From the NCBI GenBank assembly GCA_036555205.1, contig DATBLU010000203.1:1-34022 (forward strand): a DNA stretch of 34,022 nt, given 5' to 3'. Numbering within the stretch: the first letter of the stretch is position 1; each line of letters opens with the position of its first letter. This document shows positions 23,178 to 32,425 of the stretch, one piece after another. Origin of the DNA: Candidatus Deferrimicrobiaceae bacterium (GTDB taxonomy: Bacteria > Desulfobacterota > Deferrimicrobia > Deferrimicrobiales > Deferrimicrobiaceae). The position numbers were made by a program, and so were the translations under genes. The notes beneath the pieces were generated by a model. The model did not search any database. It worked only from the letters and a program-made list of their open reading frames with translations, and was not told where the DNA came from.

Positions 23178-24227
23178 TCATCCGCGCCGCCGGTGGTCGT
23201 CGATCAGGGGAAAAGTTTTCCCATAAACGATCTGCCGGACCCCATCGAGGAAATCGAGCGGGAACCCCAGCTCGATCCTGCTCGCTTCGTCCAGTCGCTT
23301 CATATGCTCCGGCGTCAGGCTGAACTCGAGCACGCCCAGGTTGTCCCTTAGCTGGGAAACCTTCGTCGCGCCGACTATCGGGATCATCACGCCGCGCTCG
23401 CGCTGCCTCACCCAGGACATGGCCACCTGCGAGGCGCTGTGGCCCGTTTCCCCGGCTACCGCCGCGACTTCTTGCGCGATCCGGAAGTTCCGTTCCGTCA
23501 GGAATGCGTCCCCCCACTGTGCGGCGGTCGAAAAACGCGTCTCTTTCGGACGGTCCTTGCCGGCCTTGTATTTTCCGGTAAGGACGCCGCCCCCGAGCGT
23601 CCCCCACGGCGTCACGGCGAGGTCCAGCGCCTCCGCCATCGGCAACAGGTCCCGCTCCGGGGTGCGCTCGATGAGGCTGTAAGGTATCTGCAGCCCGGCG
23701 AATGGCGTCCACCCCTTCAGGTCCGCGAGAGTGTTCGCCCGCGCAACGGCCCACGCAGGAGTGTCGGAGATGCCGGCATAAAGGATTTTCCCCGAGCGCA
23801 CCGCGTCGTCCAGGGCGCGCATGAGCTCGTCCGCGGGGGTCATGGGGTCCCATGCGTGGACCCAGTAGAGGTCGATGTAATCGGTGCGAAGCCGCGCCAG
23901 GCTGGCTTCCAGGGACTGCGCCAGGTTCTTGCGATGGTTCCCGCCGGCGTTGGGATCGTCCGGGCTCATGCTCAGGGTGTACTTCGTGGCGATAACGAAT
24001 CGCTCGCGCTCCGAAGCCACGAACTCCCCGACGAACCTTTCGCTCGTGCCGTTCGTGTAGTAGTTGGCGGTGTCGATGAAGTTCCCGCCCGCTTCGGCAT
24101 ATGCTTCGAATATCCTGCGGCTCTCCTCCTTGGACGCGCCCCACCCCCACTCTTCCCCGAAGGTCATCGCTCCAAGGCAGATTTCGGACACCCTGAGGCC
24201 GCTTCTTCCCAGCAGCTTGTACCGCAT
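23178..24227 (-). CDS. Aldo/keto reductase family oxidoreductase
   Basis: Track ORF 23178-24269 is trimmed to the ATG at 24227, with GGAGGG upstream. Sequence: MRYKLLGRSGLRVSEICLGAMTFG...FIDTANYY...IATKY...IDLYWVHAWD. 349 aa. Confidence 0.9.
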   Translation of the reverse strand: MRYKLLGRSGLRVSEICLGAMTFGEEWGWGASKEESRRIFEAYAEAGGNFIDTANYYTNGTSERFVGEFVASERERFVIATKYTLSMSPDDPNAGGNHRKNLAQSLEASLARLRTDYIDLYWVHAWDPMTPADELMRALDDAVRSGKILYAGISDTPAWAVARANTLADLKGWTPFAGLQIPYSLIERTPERDLLPMAEALDLAVTPWGTLGGGVLTGKYKAGKDRPKETRFSTAAQWGDAFLTERNFRIAQEVAAVAGETGHSASQVAMSWVRQRERGVMIPIVGATKVSQLRDNLGVLEFSLTPEHMKRLDEASRIELGFPLDFLDGVRQIVYGKTFPLIDDHRRRG

Positions 24228-24297
24228 GTGCCCTCCTTTCGTACGAAGAACCCCTCGAGGCAGGCTCATACGGCCAGTATGATGTCGTTACGGCCCG

Positions 24298-24771
24298 TCA
24301 GGTCTCAATCCACTCCTCCTGCAGGACTTCGCCCTGGAGGCTCACCACCGCGTACCGGATCGGGACCTTCCTAGAGCTTCCCTGCAGGGCCTGGACCGCC
24401 GTCGCCAGGAGTCCCCTGCAACAGGGAACCTGCATGATAAGCACCGTCAGCGTGTTGATCCCCGATTCCTCGTAAAGCGCCCTGATCTTCTCGATATAAA
24501 CTTCCTGCCCTCCGTCGAGCTTCGGGCAGGCGATCGCCAGGGCCTTCCCCTTCAGGTAATCGTTATGGAAGTTCGCCATTGCGAACGGGACGCAGTCCGC
24601 CGCCAGGACCACATCCGCTCCCTGGAAATACGGCGCCGCCGGGGATACCAGGTGCAGCTGGATCGGCCACTGCCGCAGCTGCGAGGGAACCTTAGCGGCG
24701 GTCCCTTCATGCGCCTCCTCCTTCTTGAACTCGATCGTCCTGGACCCCGGGCATCCTGAAAATCCGCTCAT
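24298..24771 (-). CDS. Cys-containing hypothetical protein resembling the C-terminal domain of Hcp-associated Fe-S oxidoreductases
   Basis: 157 aa. Its ATG overlaps the hemerythrin stop as ATGA. Motifs: WPIQLHLVSPAAPYF, LAADCVPFA, NFH, CPKLD and QVPCCRGL. The family assignment is from memory only. Confidence 0.4.
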   Translation of the reverse strand: MSGFSGCPGSRTIEFKKEEAHEGTAAKVPSQLRQWPIQLHLVSPAAPYFQGADVVLAADCVPFAMANFHNDYLKGKALAIACPKLDGGQEVYIEKIRALYEESGINTLTVLIMQVPCCRGLLATAVQALQGSSRKVPIRYAVVSLQGEVLQEEWIET

Positions 24772-25571
24772 CGCCTCACCTCCGCGCTTCGCTCAAGAAA
24801 CGTTTCCTCCAGCGTATCGACAAAAATCCCGTACTTTGCTCGTGCATCCGTGAACCGTTCATCCGCCTCGCGGAACTTCGAAAACATCTCGCCCACCTGG
24901 CGGACCGACAGGCTCCTGTCCATCCATGGATAAAGGATCTCGTCCTCCTTTTTTATGTGCTCCGAAAGGACCCCCGCATAGCCGAAGAGGTTTGCGGCGA
25001 CCCCATCCCGATCCCTCCGCTCCAGGGCGCCCAGGATCCCCTTCACGTAGCCCCTGCCCCGCCTGTGGTCCTCGTGCATCGCCTTGAGTATGTCGAGCTC
25101 CGGATCGAAATACGCGAACAGGATGTCTTCCTCCTTGGCGTGATGGCAGCGGTCCGCATAGCTGCGTATGAAGTCCACGCCGTCGAGAACTAGCTGCCGC
25201 CCGCCCTCCGATTCCAGCTCCAGCCTTTCGGCCAGCTCGGGGACGAGGGCGATGAACCTCTTTATAAGCGTGTGCTCTCCTACCAGGAGCTTCATGGGGG
25301 GCGACAAGGCGGCGCCGCCCGGGCGGGCCGGGCGGGATTTCCTCGATTCCGGCAGCCTGACATCCTCTCCCGGGGCGACGACGGAGGCGACCTGCTTCAT
25401 CAAGGCGTTCTCGTCCTCGAGGGACAGGTTATGAATTTCCATTATGTCTCCGAAGAGGCACGACCCCACGCTGCAGGGAACGCAGCCGATGCCGCGTCCG
25501 TCGAGAATCGCTCCCACATCCGGGAACCGGTCGATCAGCTCCTTTATCGGGATTCCCAGATACCGCTCCAT
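24768..25571 (-). CDS. Hemerythrin-domain protein with an N-terminal DUF1858 / redox-disulfide-like domain (RIC-like)
   Basis: Track ORF 24768-26348 is trimmed to the ATG at 25571, with GGAAGGAG upstream. The N-terminus has IGCVPCSVGSC. The C-terminus carries hemerythrin ligand motifs HHAKEEDILF, HEDHRRG and HIKKEDEILYP. 267 aa. Confidence 0.72.
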   Translation of the reverse strand: MERYLGIPIKELIDRFPDVGAILDGRGIGCVPCSVGSCLFGDIMEIHNLSLEDENALMKQVASVVAPGEDVRLPESRKSRPARPGGAALSPPMKLLVGEHTLIKRFIALVPELAERLELESEGGRQLVLDGVDFIRSYADRCHHAKEEDILFAYFDPELDILKAMHEDHRRGRGYVKGILGALERRDRDGVAANLFGYAGVLSEHIKKEDEILYPWMDRSLSVRQVGEMFSKFREADERFTDARAKYGIFVDTLEETFLERSAEVRR

Positions 25572-25679
25572 GGATTCTCCTTCCGTTTCCCTTTTGCGCC
25601 ATTCTCCGGCAGGAGGTCCCCATTGTCCTTGACGGAGATCAAGTGTGAATTTTCCCTTCCGGTCCGGCGATAAGAATCT

Positions 25680-27908
25680 ATGATGAGAAGCGAAAACACA
25701 TTTTCGGGGCGTTCCACGAAGTCCTTCTTCTCGTGGCCTATCCGGCGCCATCTCATGCTGCTCGTTTTCCTGGCGGTCCTTCCTGCGTTGGGGATAATCC
25801 TTTACACGGGTCTTGAAACCCGGCGCAATACCCTCGCGGAGGCGCGGCGGGACCTGTCGCATCTCATGGAACAGCTCGTTTCGGCCCAGGAACACCTCGC
25901 GGACAAGTCGCGTTACATGTTCGAGACGCTTGCGGAGCTGCCCGAGGTCCATAATCTGGATCCTGCCGCCTGCAACCGCCTTTTCGACTCCCTTCTGCGC
26001 CGCATGCCCTATTACGCCAATGTCTTTTCCATGGACACGAAGGGAAACGTCATAGCCTCGGGGGTGCCCTTCAAGGCCATAAACGCTTCGGACCGGAAAT
26101 ATTTCCGCGAGGCGGTCGAGACTCGTGGCTTCTCCGTCGGGGAATACGCCATCAGCAGGACGACGGGTAAATCGTCGCTTCACTTCGCATATCCCGTGTA
26201 CAACAAGGACAGGGATCTGCTGACGGTGATCGGAGCCGCGTTCGACATCCAGCACTTCGAGATGACCTACGCCAGGCAGGGGATGCCGAAGGATTCGGTT
26301 CTCCTTATCACGGACCACGCCGGGGTTGTCCTGCACGACTCGCGACACCCTTCCGGGGGCGGAACCGTCACCGGGGAGGCGAAGATGCTCGAAGCCTTGA
26401 AGAATCCGGGACGCGAAGGGATGTTCAACGCCCGATTATCCGACGGGGTCCAGCGGCTTTTTGCGTATCGAAAGCTTCGCCTGTCCCCTTCCATGCCTCC
26501 CTACCTGCTCGTCGCCGTCGGCATCCCGGAGACCCATATTTTCGGCGGCCCTCGAGATATCCTCACGCGCAACCTCCTGTTTCTCGGCATCGCCACCCTC
26601 CTCGCCGCCGCGGCCGCCTGGATCCTGGGGAACTTCGTCATAGTCGACAGGATCAAGGCATTGGTCGCCGTCTCGCAGCAGTTCGGCAACGGAGACCTGT
26701 CGGCGCGAGCCGGGCTTCATCATTCGGGCGGAGAGCTGGGGGTCCTGGCGAAATCCTTCGACGAGATGGCCGAATCGGTCGAGCGGGACATCTCGGAACG
26801 CAAACTGACGCAAGAAGCGCTCCGCCACTCGGAGGAGAGATATCGCCAGGTCGTGGAGAACGCCAGCGACGCCATCTTCGTGGCAAAGAACGGATTCATC
26901 ACGTTCACGAACCCGCGGCTGACGGAGAAGACGGGGTATTCCCCGGAGGAAATCGCGGCCGTTCCCTTCACGCGGTTCATCCATCCGGAAGACCGGGAGA
27001 TGGTGGCGGACCGCCACAGGAAACGGCTGCAGGGACAAGCGCCCCCATCCAGCTATCCTTTCCGGATCCTCACCAAATCGGGAGAGATGCTGTGGGTGGA
27101 AATCGCCTCGGTTCTCGTCAACTGGGAGGGTGAGCCGGCTACGCTCAATTTCCTGAGGGACATCACCCATCAAAAAAACCTGGAGGGGCAGCTTATCCAC
27201 TCTCAGAAAATGGAAGCCGTAGGCGCCCTGGCCGGGGGGATCGCCCATGACTTCAACAACCTCCTCCAAGCCATATCCGGATTCGCCGCGCTCGTGCTCC
27301 TGGACATGCCGGATGACGACAGGCGCCGCTCCCATCTCCTGAACATCGAGAAGGCGACCGGGCGCGCCTCCGATCTCGTGAGAGGGCTCCTGGCTTTCAG
27401 CCGCCGGGAGGATTCCCCGCAGGTGCCCCTGGATTTGAACGAGGCGGCAGCTTCCGCGGTCGAGCTTTTACGGCGCGCAGTCCCGAAGACGATCCGGGTC
27501 GAGGCGCGCTTCTCGCCCGGCCTTCGGCAGGTCCGGGGCGCCGCCGCCCAGATAGAACACGCGATCATGAATCTGGGGACCAACGCCCGCGACGCCATGC
27601 CCCAAGGGGGAGTTATATCCGTCGAAACGGACCGGTGTCAGATTTCGGCGGACGACCCCCGCCAGCCCGACGACGCCGTCCCCGGCAGTTACGTCGTCCT
27701 GCGGGTCAAGGACACGGGCGTGGGAATGGATGCCGGGACGATGAACAGGATGTTCGATCCCTTTTTCACGACGAAGGAGGTCGGGGCGGGGTCCGGCCTG
27801 GGCCTTTCCGCCGTCTACGGGATCGTAAAGAGCCACAACGGATGGATCCGCTGCGAGAGCGAACCCGGGAAGGGCGCCTGTTTCGAGATCTTATTCCCCG
27901 CCCTCTAG
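25680..27908 (+). CDS. Sensor histidine kinase (TM, Cache-like periplasmic domain, TM, HAMP, PAS, HisKA, HATPase)
   Basis: 742 aa. Two TM segments flank a domain of about 270 aa. HAMP FGNGDLSARA. PAS SEERYRQVVENASDAIF. H-box IAHDFNNLLQAI. HATPase NARDAM...DTGVGMD...GSGLGLS. Confidence 0.9.
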   Translation: MMRSENTFSGRSTKSFFSWPIRRHLMLLVFLAVLPALGIILYTGLETRRNTLAEARRDLSHLMEQLVSAQEHLADKSRYMFETLAELPEVHNLDPAACNRLFDSLLRRMPYYANVFSMDTKGNVIASGVPFKAINASDRKYFREAVETRGFSVGEYAISRTTGKSSLHFAYPVYNKDRDLLTVIGAAFDIQHFEMTYARQGMPKDSVLLITDHAGVVLHDSRHPSGGGTVTGEAKMLEALKNPGREGMFNARLSDGVQRLFAYRKLRLSPSMPPYLLVAVGIPETHIFGGPRDILTRNLLFLGIATLLAAAAAWILGNFVIVDRIKALVAVSQQFGNGDLSARAGLHHSGGELGVLAKSFDEMAESVERDISERKLTQEALRHSEERYRQVVENASDAIFVAKNGFITFTNPRLTEKTGYSPEEIAAVPFTRFIHPEDREMVADRHRKRLQGQAPPSSYPFRILTKSGEMLWVEIASVLVNWEGEPATLNFLRDITHQKNLEGQLIHSQKMEAVGALAGGIAHDFNNLLQAISGFAALVLLDMPDDDRRRSHLLNIEKATGRASDLVRGLLAFSRREDSPQVPLDLNEAAASAVELLRRAVPKTIRVEARFSPGLRQVRGAAAQIEHAIMNLGTNARDAMPQGGVISVETDRCQISADDPRQPDDAVPGSYVVLRVKDTGVGMDAGTMNRMFDPFFTTKEVGAGSGLGLSAVYGIVKSHNGWIRCESEPGKGACFEILFPAL

Positions 27909-30790
27909 TCCAGGACATCCCTTATTTTTTTCAGGAGGCCGCTCGGCGAAACGGGCTTGGAAACGAAAGCGACGCCCTTTTGCAGGATCCCGTCCTTGGT
28001 GAACACGTCCTCGGCGTACCCGCTGATGAACAGGGCCTTCACTTCCGGGCGCAGTTTCTTCATTTCTTCGTATGCTTCCTTCCCGTTCTTCCTCGGCATG
28101 ATCCCGTCAAGGATGACCAGGTGGATGCGATCTGCATTCTCCGCGTATTTCCTCACGGCATCCTCGCCGTCCACCGCTTCGATTACTTCATAACCGGATT
28201 GCCCGAGGACGGAAACGGCGAGTTTCAGAAGATCTGCGTCATCCTCCGCCACAAGGATCGTTTCGGTCCCGCCGCCGGCTGATGCCGGCTCCCCCCCACT
28301 GCTTTCATCCGATCCGGCCTGTTCTCTCGCCAGTGGAAGGTAGATCCTGAATATGGTTCCGCGGCCGGGCTCGCTGTAAACGTTTATGAATCCTTCATGC
28401 TTTTTGACTATACCGTAGACCATCGCGAGTCCGAGTCCCGTCCCCTTCCCCCGCTCCTTGGTCGTGAAGAACGGTTCGAATATGTGCTTCCTCGTCTTCT
28501 CGTCCATGCCGCAGCCAGTATCGGATACGGAGAGAAGCGCGTACTCCCCCGGATTTCCGTAGCCGTGGGCCTCGACGAACGCGTCGTCGACCTTGGCGCG
28601 CCTGGTCTCTATCGCCAGCTTTCCGCCGCCGGCCATGGCGTCGCGCGCGTTGGTAACCAGGTTCATGAGCACCTGCTCCATCTGCCCCGCGTCGGCCAAA
28701 ACGGATAACTCCGCCGGGGCGCAAGCGGTCGTCATCTCGATGTCCTCGCGGATAAGCCTCAGCATGATTTTTTCGAATCGCTTTATCAAACCGTTCAGAT
28801 CCAGAAGGACGAGATTGACCGGCTGTTTCCTGCTGAAGGCAAGCAGGCTCTGGGTCAAAACCGTCGCCCTTTGCGAGGACTCCAGCACCTGTTCGATGTA
28901 GTGCCGCGCCGGATCGTCGTCCTTCATCTTCATCAGTGCAAGGTGTGAAAATCCTATGACTGCCGACAGGATATTGTTGAAATCATGCGCGACGCCCCCC
29001 GCAAGCGTCCCCACGGCCTCAAGCTTCTGGATATGCCGGAGCTGTTCCTCGAGTTTTTCCTTCTCCCTTTCCGCCTTGCTCTGCTCCGTGATGTCGATTC
29101 CGAATGAAACGGTGCCGATCACCCGTCCTTCCTCGGATATAACGTTATTCTGCCAGGTGATCAGCCTCTCCTCCCCCGATTTCGCCAGAACCGGGTTTTC
29201 AAAGGTTTCAGGCGTCCCTCCCCCGAGGAGACGATGGAATTCTTCCCACGCGGAAGGATATCTGTCTTTCGGCACGACCGCTTCGAACCAGTTCCTGCCT
29301 GCAATCTCTTTCCTGTCGTACCCCGTGATCCTCTCCGCCGTCCTGTTGAACACGGCGACGGCTCCGGAAGTGTCCAGGCAGACGATCATCGCGTTGGCCG
29401 TTTCGATCAGGTTTTCCACGTATTCCTTCGCGTGCAGGAGATCCGTTTCGATACGGGCGCGCTCGGCGATCTCGCTTTCCAGCTCCCTGTTCGCTTCGCT
29501 CAACTGCGACGTGCGCGCCTTGACCGCGTCGTCCAGCTCCTCGTGCCAGCGCTGAACGCGCTCCATCATAGAATTAAAGGACCTCGCGAGGGCGCCGACT
29601 TCATCGCCGCTGACGAAATCGGCTCGCGCGCCCAGGTCTCCCTCCTCGATCCTTTTCGCGATTTTGCCGAGCCTCTCGATAGGCTGCGAAAGCCGCCCGG
29701 AGACCAGGTAGATGAGTCCCAGCATCACTAAAAGCCCGGTCATGGATACAGCCGTCGAATGGATGACGGCTTGCCGGACCGGCTCGTAAATCTCGTCCCT
29801 GTCGCTCTTGACGATCATCCCGATTCCGAAATCAGATGTGATCCGGGCATGCCGGACGACCGCGAGTACGGGGACTCCCCGGTAGTCTTCCGCGAACACC
29901 GTCCCGTCGATCCCCCAAGCGGCCAGTTCGGCCGGCTTGGTCGTCAGCCTATAATCCAATGGATTCGGCCGCTTCCCGTCCCGTAGGGGGTATTTCAACG
30001 GGCCGAGGATTCTCCTGTCCGCATTGACCAGGACGACCTCGCCGGATTTTCCGAGGCCCTCTCCCGTATGGAACATGCTTCTGAAAAAATCCTCATGGTT
30101 CACCTTGAAGATCATGAATCCCGGGATTTTCCCGTCACCGCCCGGAAACAGGCCCGCTTCCCTCACCGGATGGATGAAGTAAATATGTGTCCTGTCGCTG
30201 CCCGGGTTCTTCGCGAAAAATATCTTCTCCTCGCTCCCGGAAATTATCTTCGTCATCAGATCGCCGGGAAACTTCGTGCCCACATCTTTTTCATCCGTGG
30301 ATATCACGACCGTGCCGCTCTTCGCATCAGCTATCTGGATCGTTTCGTATTCACTGTAAACATCCAGGATGAGCCTGTTCCTGCGGCTTAATTCCCGATA
30401 GCTCTCGTTATTCTGGAGGTTGCGCAATAATTCCTTTCCCCCCGGTCCCGCGCGGCCGTTCCGCCTTATCGCGCGAAAGACCTCCGCCAGTTTGGCCCTG
30501 AATATATTGCTGTTCACTATTATCTTTACGTTGTTCCTTCGCTCGTCGAACCAGTGGATTATCTCGGACTTCTTGAGATCGGCGTAGGTGCTGAAGTTCC
30601 GCAAAACGCTCGCGCGATGTATCTCTATTTCGCCTTTGAAGCCGAAAACGGGGATGCCGAAGAGAATGACGAGCCTTACGACGAGAAAAAGCAAGGTAAG
30701 ACCGAAACCGAAATAAACGAGCATCTTTGCCCTGAACCCAAACCGTAAACGCTTCGCTGCGTTCCAGGCTCCCGGTTGCAAGGGCATCAC
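27905..30790 (-). CDS. Hybrid sensor histidine kinase (TM, Cache-like, TM, HAMP, PAS, HisKA, HATPase, REC)
   Basis: 961 aa. H-box VAHDFNNILSAV. HATPase NARDAM...DTGCGMD...GTGLGLA. C-terminal REC ILVAEDDADL...VILDGIMPRKNG...SKP. The start is GTG at 30790 or ATG at 30787, either one overlapping the upstream stop. Confidence 0.9.
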   Translation of the reverse strand: MMPLQPGAWNAAKRLRFGFRAKMLVYFGFGLTLLFLVVRLVILFGIPVFGFKGEIEIHRASVLRNFSTYADLKKSEIIHWFDERRNNVKIIVNSNIFRAKLAEVFRAIRRNGRAGPGGKELLRNLQNNESYRELSRRNRLILDVYSEYETIQIADAKSGTVVISTDEKDVGTKFPGDLMTKIISGSEEKIFFAKNPGSDRTHIYFIHPVREAGLFPGGDGKIPGFMIFKVNHEDFFRSMFHTGEGLGKSGEVVLVNADRRILGPLKYPLRDGKRPNPLDYRLTTKPAELAAWGIDGTVFAEDYRGVPVLAVVRHARITSDFGIGMIVKSDRDEIYEPVRQAVIHSTAVSMTGLLVMLGLIYLVSGRLSQPIERLGKIAKRIEEGDLGARADFVSGDEVGALARSFNSMMERVQRWHEELDDAVKARTSQLSEANRELESEIAERARIETDLLHAKEYVENLIETANAMIVCLDTSGAVAVFNRTAERITGYDRKEIAGRNWFEAVVPKDRYPSAWEEFHRLLGGGTPETFENPVLAKSGEERLITWQNNVISEEGRVIGTVSFGIDITEQSKAEREKEKLEEQLRHIQKLEAVGTLAGGVAHDFNNILSAVIGFSHLALMKMKDDDPARHYIEQVLESSQRATVLTQSLLAFSRKQPVNLVLLDLNGLIKRFEKIMLRLIREDIEMTTACAPAELSVLADAGQMEQVLMNLVTNARDAMAGGGKLAIETRRAKVDDAFVEAHGYGNPGEYALLSVSDTGCGMDEKTRKHIFEPFFTTKERGKGTGLGLAMVYGIVKKHEGFINVYSEPGRGTIFRIYLPLAREQAGSDESSGGEPASAGGGTETILVAEDDADLLKLAVSVLGQSGYEVIEAVDGEDAVRKYAENADRIHLVILDGIMPRKNGKEAYEEMKKLRPEVKALFISGYAEDVFTKDGILQKGVAFVSKPVSPSGLLKKIRDVLD

Positions 30791-32013
30791 CCCTCGATAT
30801 CCCGGTAGTCGAACCTGTTAAGCAGGTATTTCCCCGGATTGGAGACGACTTCATTCATCATCGCCTGGTCCATGCTGTCCCGTATTTTTTCCCACGGGGT
30901 CGAAGCGGGGATCTTCCCATGCCTTTTCAGAAATTCGAACGCCATTTGCATGCGCCCGTCCTGAGCGAGATCGCCGGCCGGGATGAAGGGATCGGAAATC
31001 AATTTGAGGGAATCGGTTCTTACGATTGCCGCTATCTGCTCGACCGACCAATCCGGCGGCGAGCCTTTGAGGCCTTTTCCCGCCTCGAGCGTCCACACGG
31101 CGGCCCGGATCAGGTTTCTTTCATCGGCCTTCATCCACCGCAACGCCCGGACAAAGGACGCGACGACCTGGGTCGCTTCTTCGGGATGGCGCTCGACGAA
31201 CTTCCGTCCAAGATAAAAGTAGCTTGCATTGAGAAATTTCTGGATCACGACGAATCCCTTGTGCTTCGACAGCGAAGCGGTCGGCACCGGCTCGAATGCC
31301 GAAAAGGCGTCGATCCTGCCGCTCGCCAGCGCTTCGGAGAGTTCCGAGTTTTCCATCGGCACATGCCTTATGTCTGTTTCCTTCAAGCCGGCGTAAGTCA
31401 GCGCGATAAGAAGCCCGTAATGCGCGGTCGACCCTCCCGGATACCCTATGCGTTTCCCCTTGAGGTCGCCCAACAGCATCGCTTTTTTCGCCACGAGGGA
31501 GGAAACGCCCTGTCTTGCCAGTCCGGCCACTATAATGTCCGTGGTCGCCGCAAGGGTTATCACTGGCATGTCGCCCGCAATCGCCGCTTCGATGTCCCCC
31601 CGCCTGAAAAAGTAATTGATGTCCGGACCTTTGAGAAACGGGTGGAACCTGATTTCCATTCCTTTTTTGCGCAAGGCCGATTTCAGGACTTGGTCGCGCT
31701 TTATTACCTCGGAGATGACCCCTATCGGAACCGCCAACGGCTGCGTGGCGAAATCGATCACGTTTTCCTTTTGGCCGAATTCGTATTTCGAATAAGCGGA
31801 ATGTCCCGGAAAATCCTTAGGCTCCGCGAACACGTGGTCTGCGAACAGAACCAGCGCGGGAATGACGATCGTCATCGCCGCAAAACGGGACAGGAAACGG
31901 TAAACGGGTTTTCGAACCGCCATGGAGGATTGATCGGAAACTCTGGCCATTGAACGTCGAAGGCCGATGATAGGCGGGGGAGGGGGCGGAACATGATCCT
32001 TCAAGCAGGCCAT
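30787..32013 (-). CDS. Periplasmic substrate-binding protein, NMT1/SsuA-TauA-like (no transporter partners in the window)
   Basis: Longest ORF is 408 aa. The likely true start is the internal ATG at 31950 or 31923 (MAVRKPVYRFLSRFAAMTIVIPALVLFADHVFA, signal-like). Type-2 SBP pattern: GKRIGYPGGSTAHYGLL...GRIDAFSAFEP. Confidence 0.7.
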   Translation of the reverse strand: MACLKDHVPPPPPPIIGLRRSMARVSDQSSMAVRKPVYRFLSRFAAMTIVIPALVLFADHVFAEPKDFPGHSAYSKYEFGQKENVIDFATQPLAVPIGVISEVIKRDQVLKSALRKKGMEIRFHPFLKGPDINYFFRRGDIEAAIAGDMPVITLAATTDIIVAGLARQGVSSLVAKKAMLLGDLKGKRIGYPGGSTAHYGLLIALTYAGLKETDIRHVPMENSELSEALASGRIDAFSAFEPVPTASLSKHKGFVVIQKFLNASYFYLGRKFVERHPEEATQVVASFVRALRWMKADERNLIRAAVWTLEAGKGLKGSPPDWSVEQIAAIVRTDSLKLISDPFIPAGDLAQDGRMQMAFEFLKRHGKIPASTPWEKIRDSMDQAMMNEVVSNPGKYLLNRFDYRDIEG

Positions 32014-32142
32014 TCGGGAATGACCCCCGGCGTAGCCGATATTTTCAACGCCCCGTCAAATGGTTACCCCCCCACCCGTTTATCAAAACCTATCAACCGA
32101 TATTCCGCGTGCAAAGCGATCGAAGCCCGAACCGGAAGCAGG

Positions 32143-32328
32143 CTATGCGGCCTTTTCCTCGCGTATCAGCTTCCGCATCTTTTCCTTCAGGTCCTGCGGG
32201 ATTTCAGTCATCCCGTGGTATTCCCTTCCGTGTTCCAGCGCCTTGCGGAAAAGCTCCTCTTCCGTATCTCCGCGGACCACGAAATCGCAATCGACGCCGG
32301 CATCCCTGCAATGAATGGCCTTCGACAT
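32143..32328 (-). CDS. DUF1059 small protein
   Basis: Track ORF 32143-32445 is trimmed to the ATG at 32328, with GGAGGTG upstream. Sequence: MSKAIHCRDAGVDCDFVVRGDTEEELFRKALEHGREYHGM, the typical DUF1059 pattern. 61 aa. Confidence 0.78.
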   Translation of the reverse strand: MSKAIHCRDAGVDCDFVVRGDTEEELFRKALEHGREYHGMTEIPQDLKEKMRKLIREEKAA

Positions 32329-32425
32329 TTCGCACCTCCATCCGCCCGATGGTTTCGGGACAATAGATAAGATTCCTGTTGTCGTCACGGAGATGCCGGC
32401 CGGTTGTATAATTTGCTTTCGGGAC

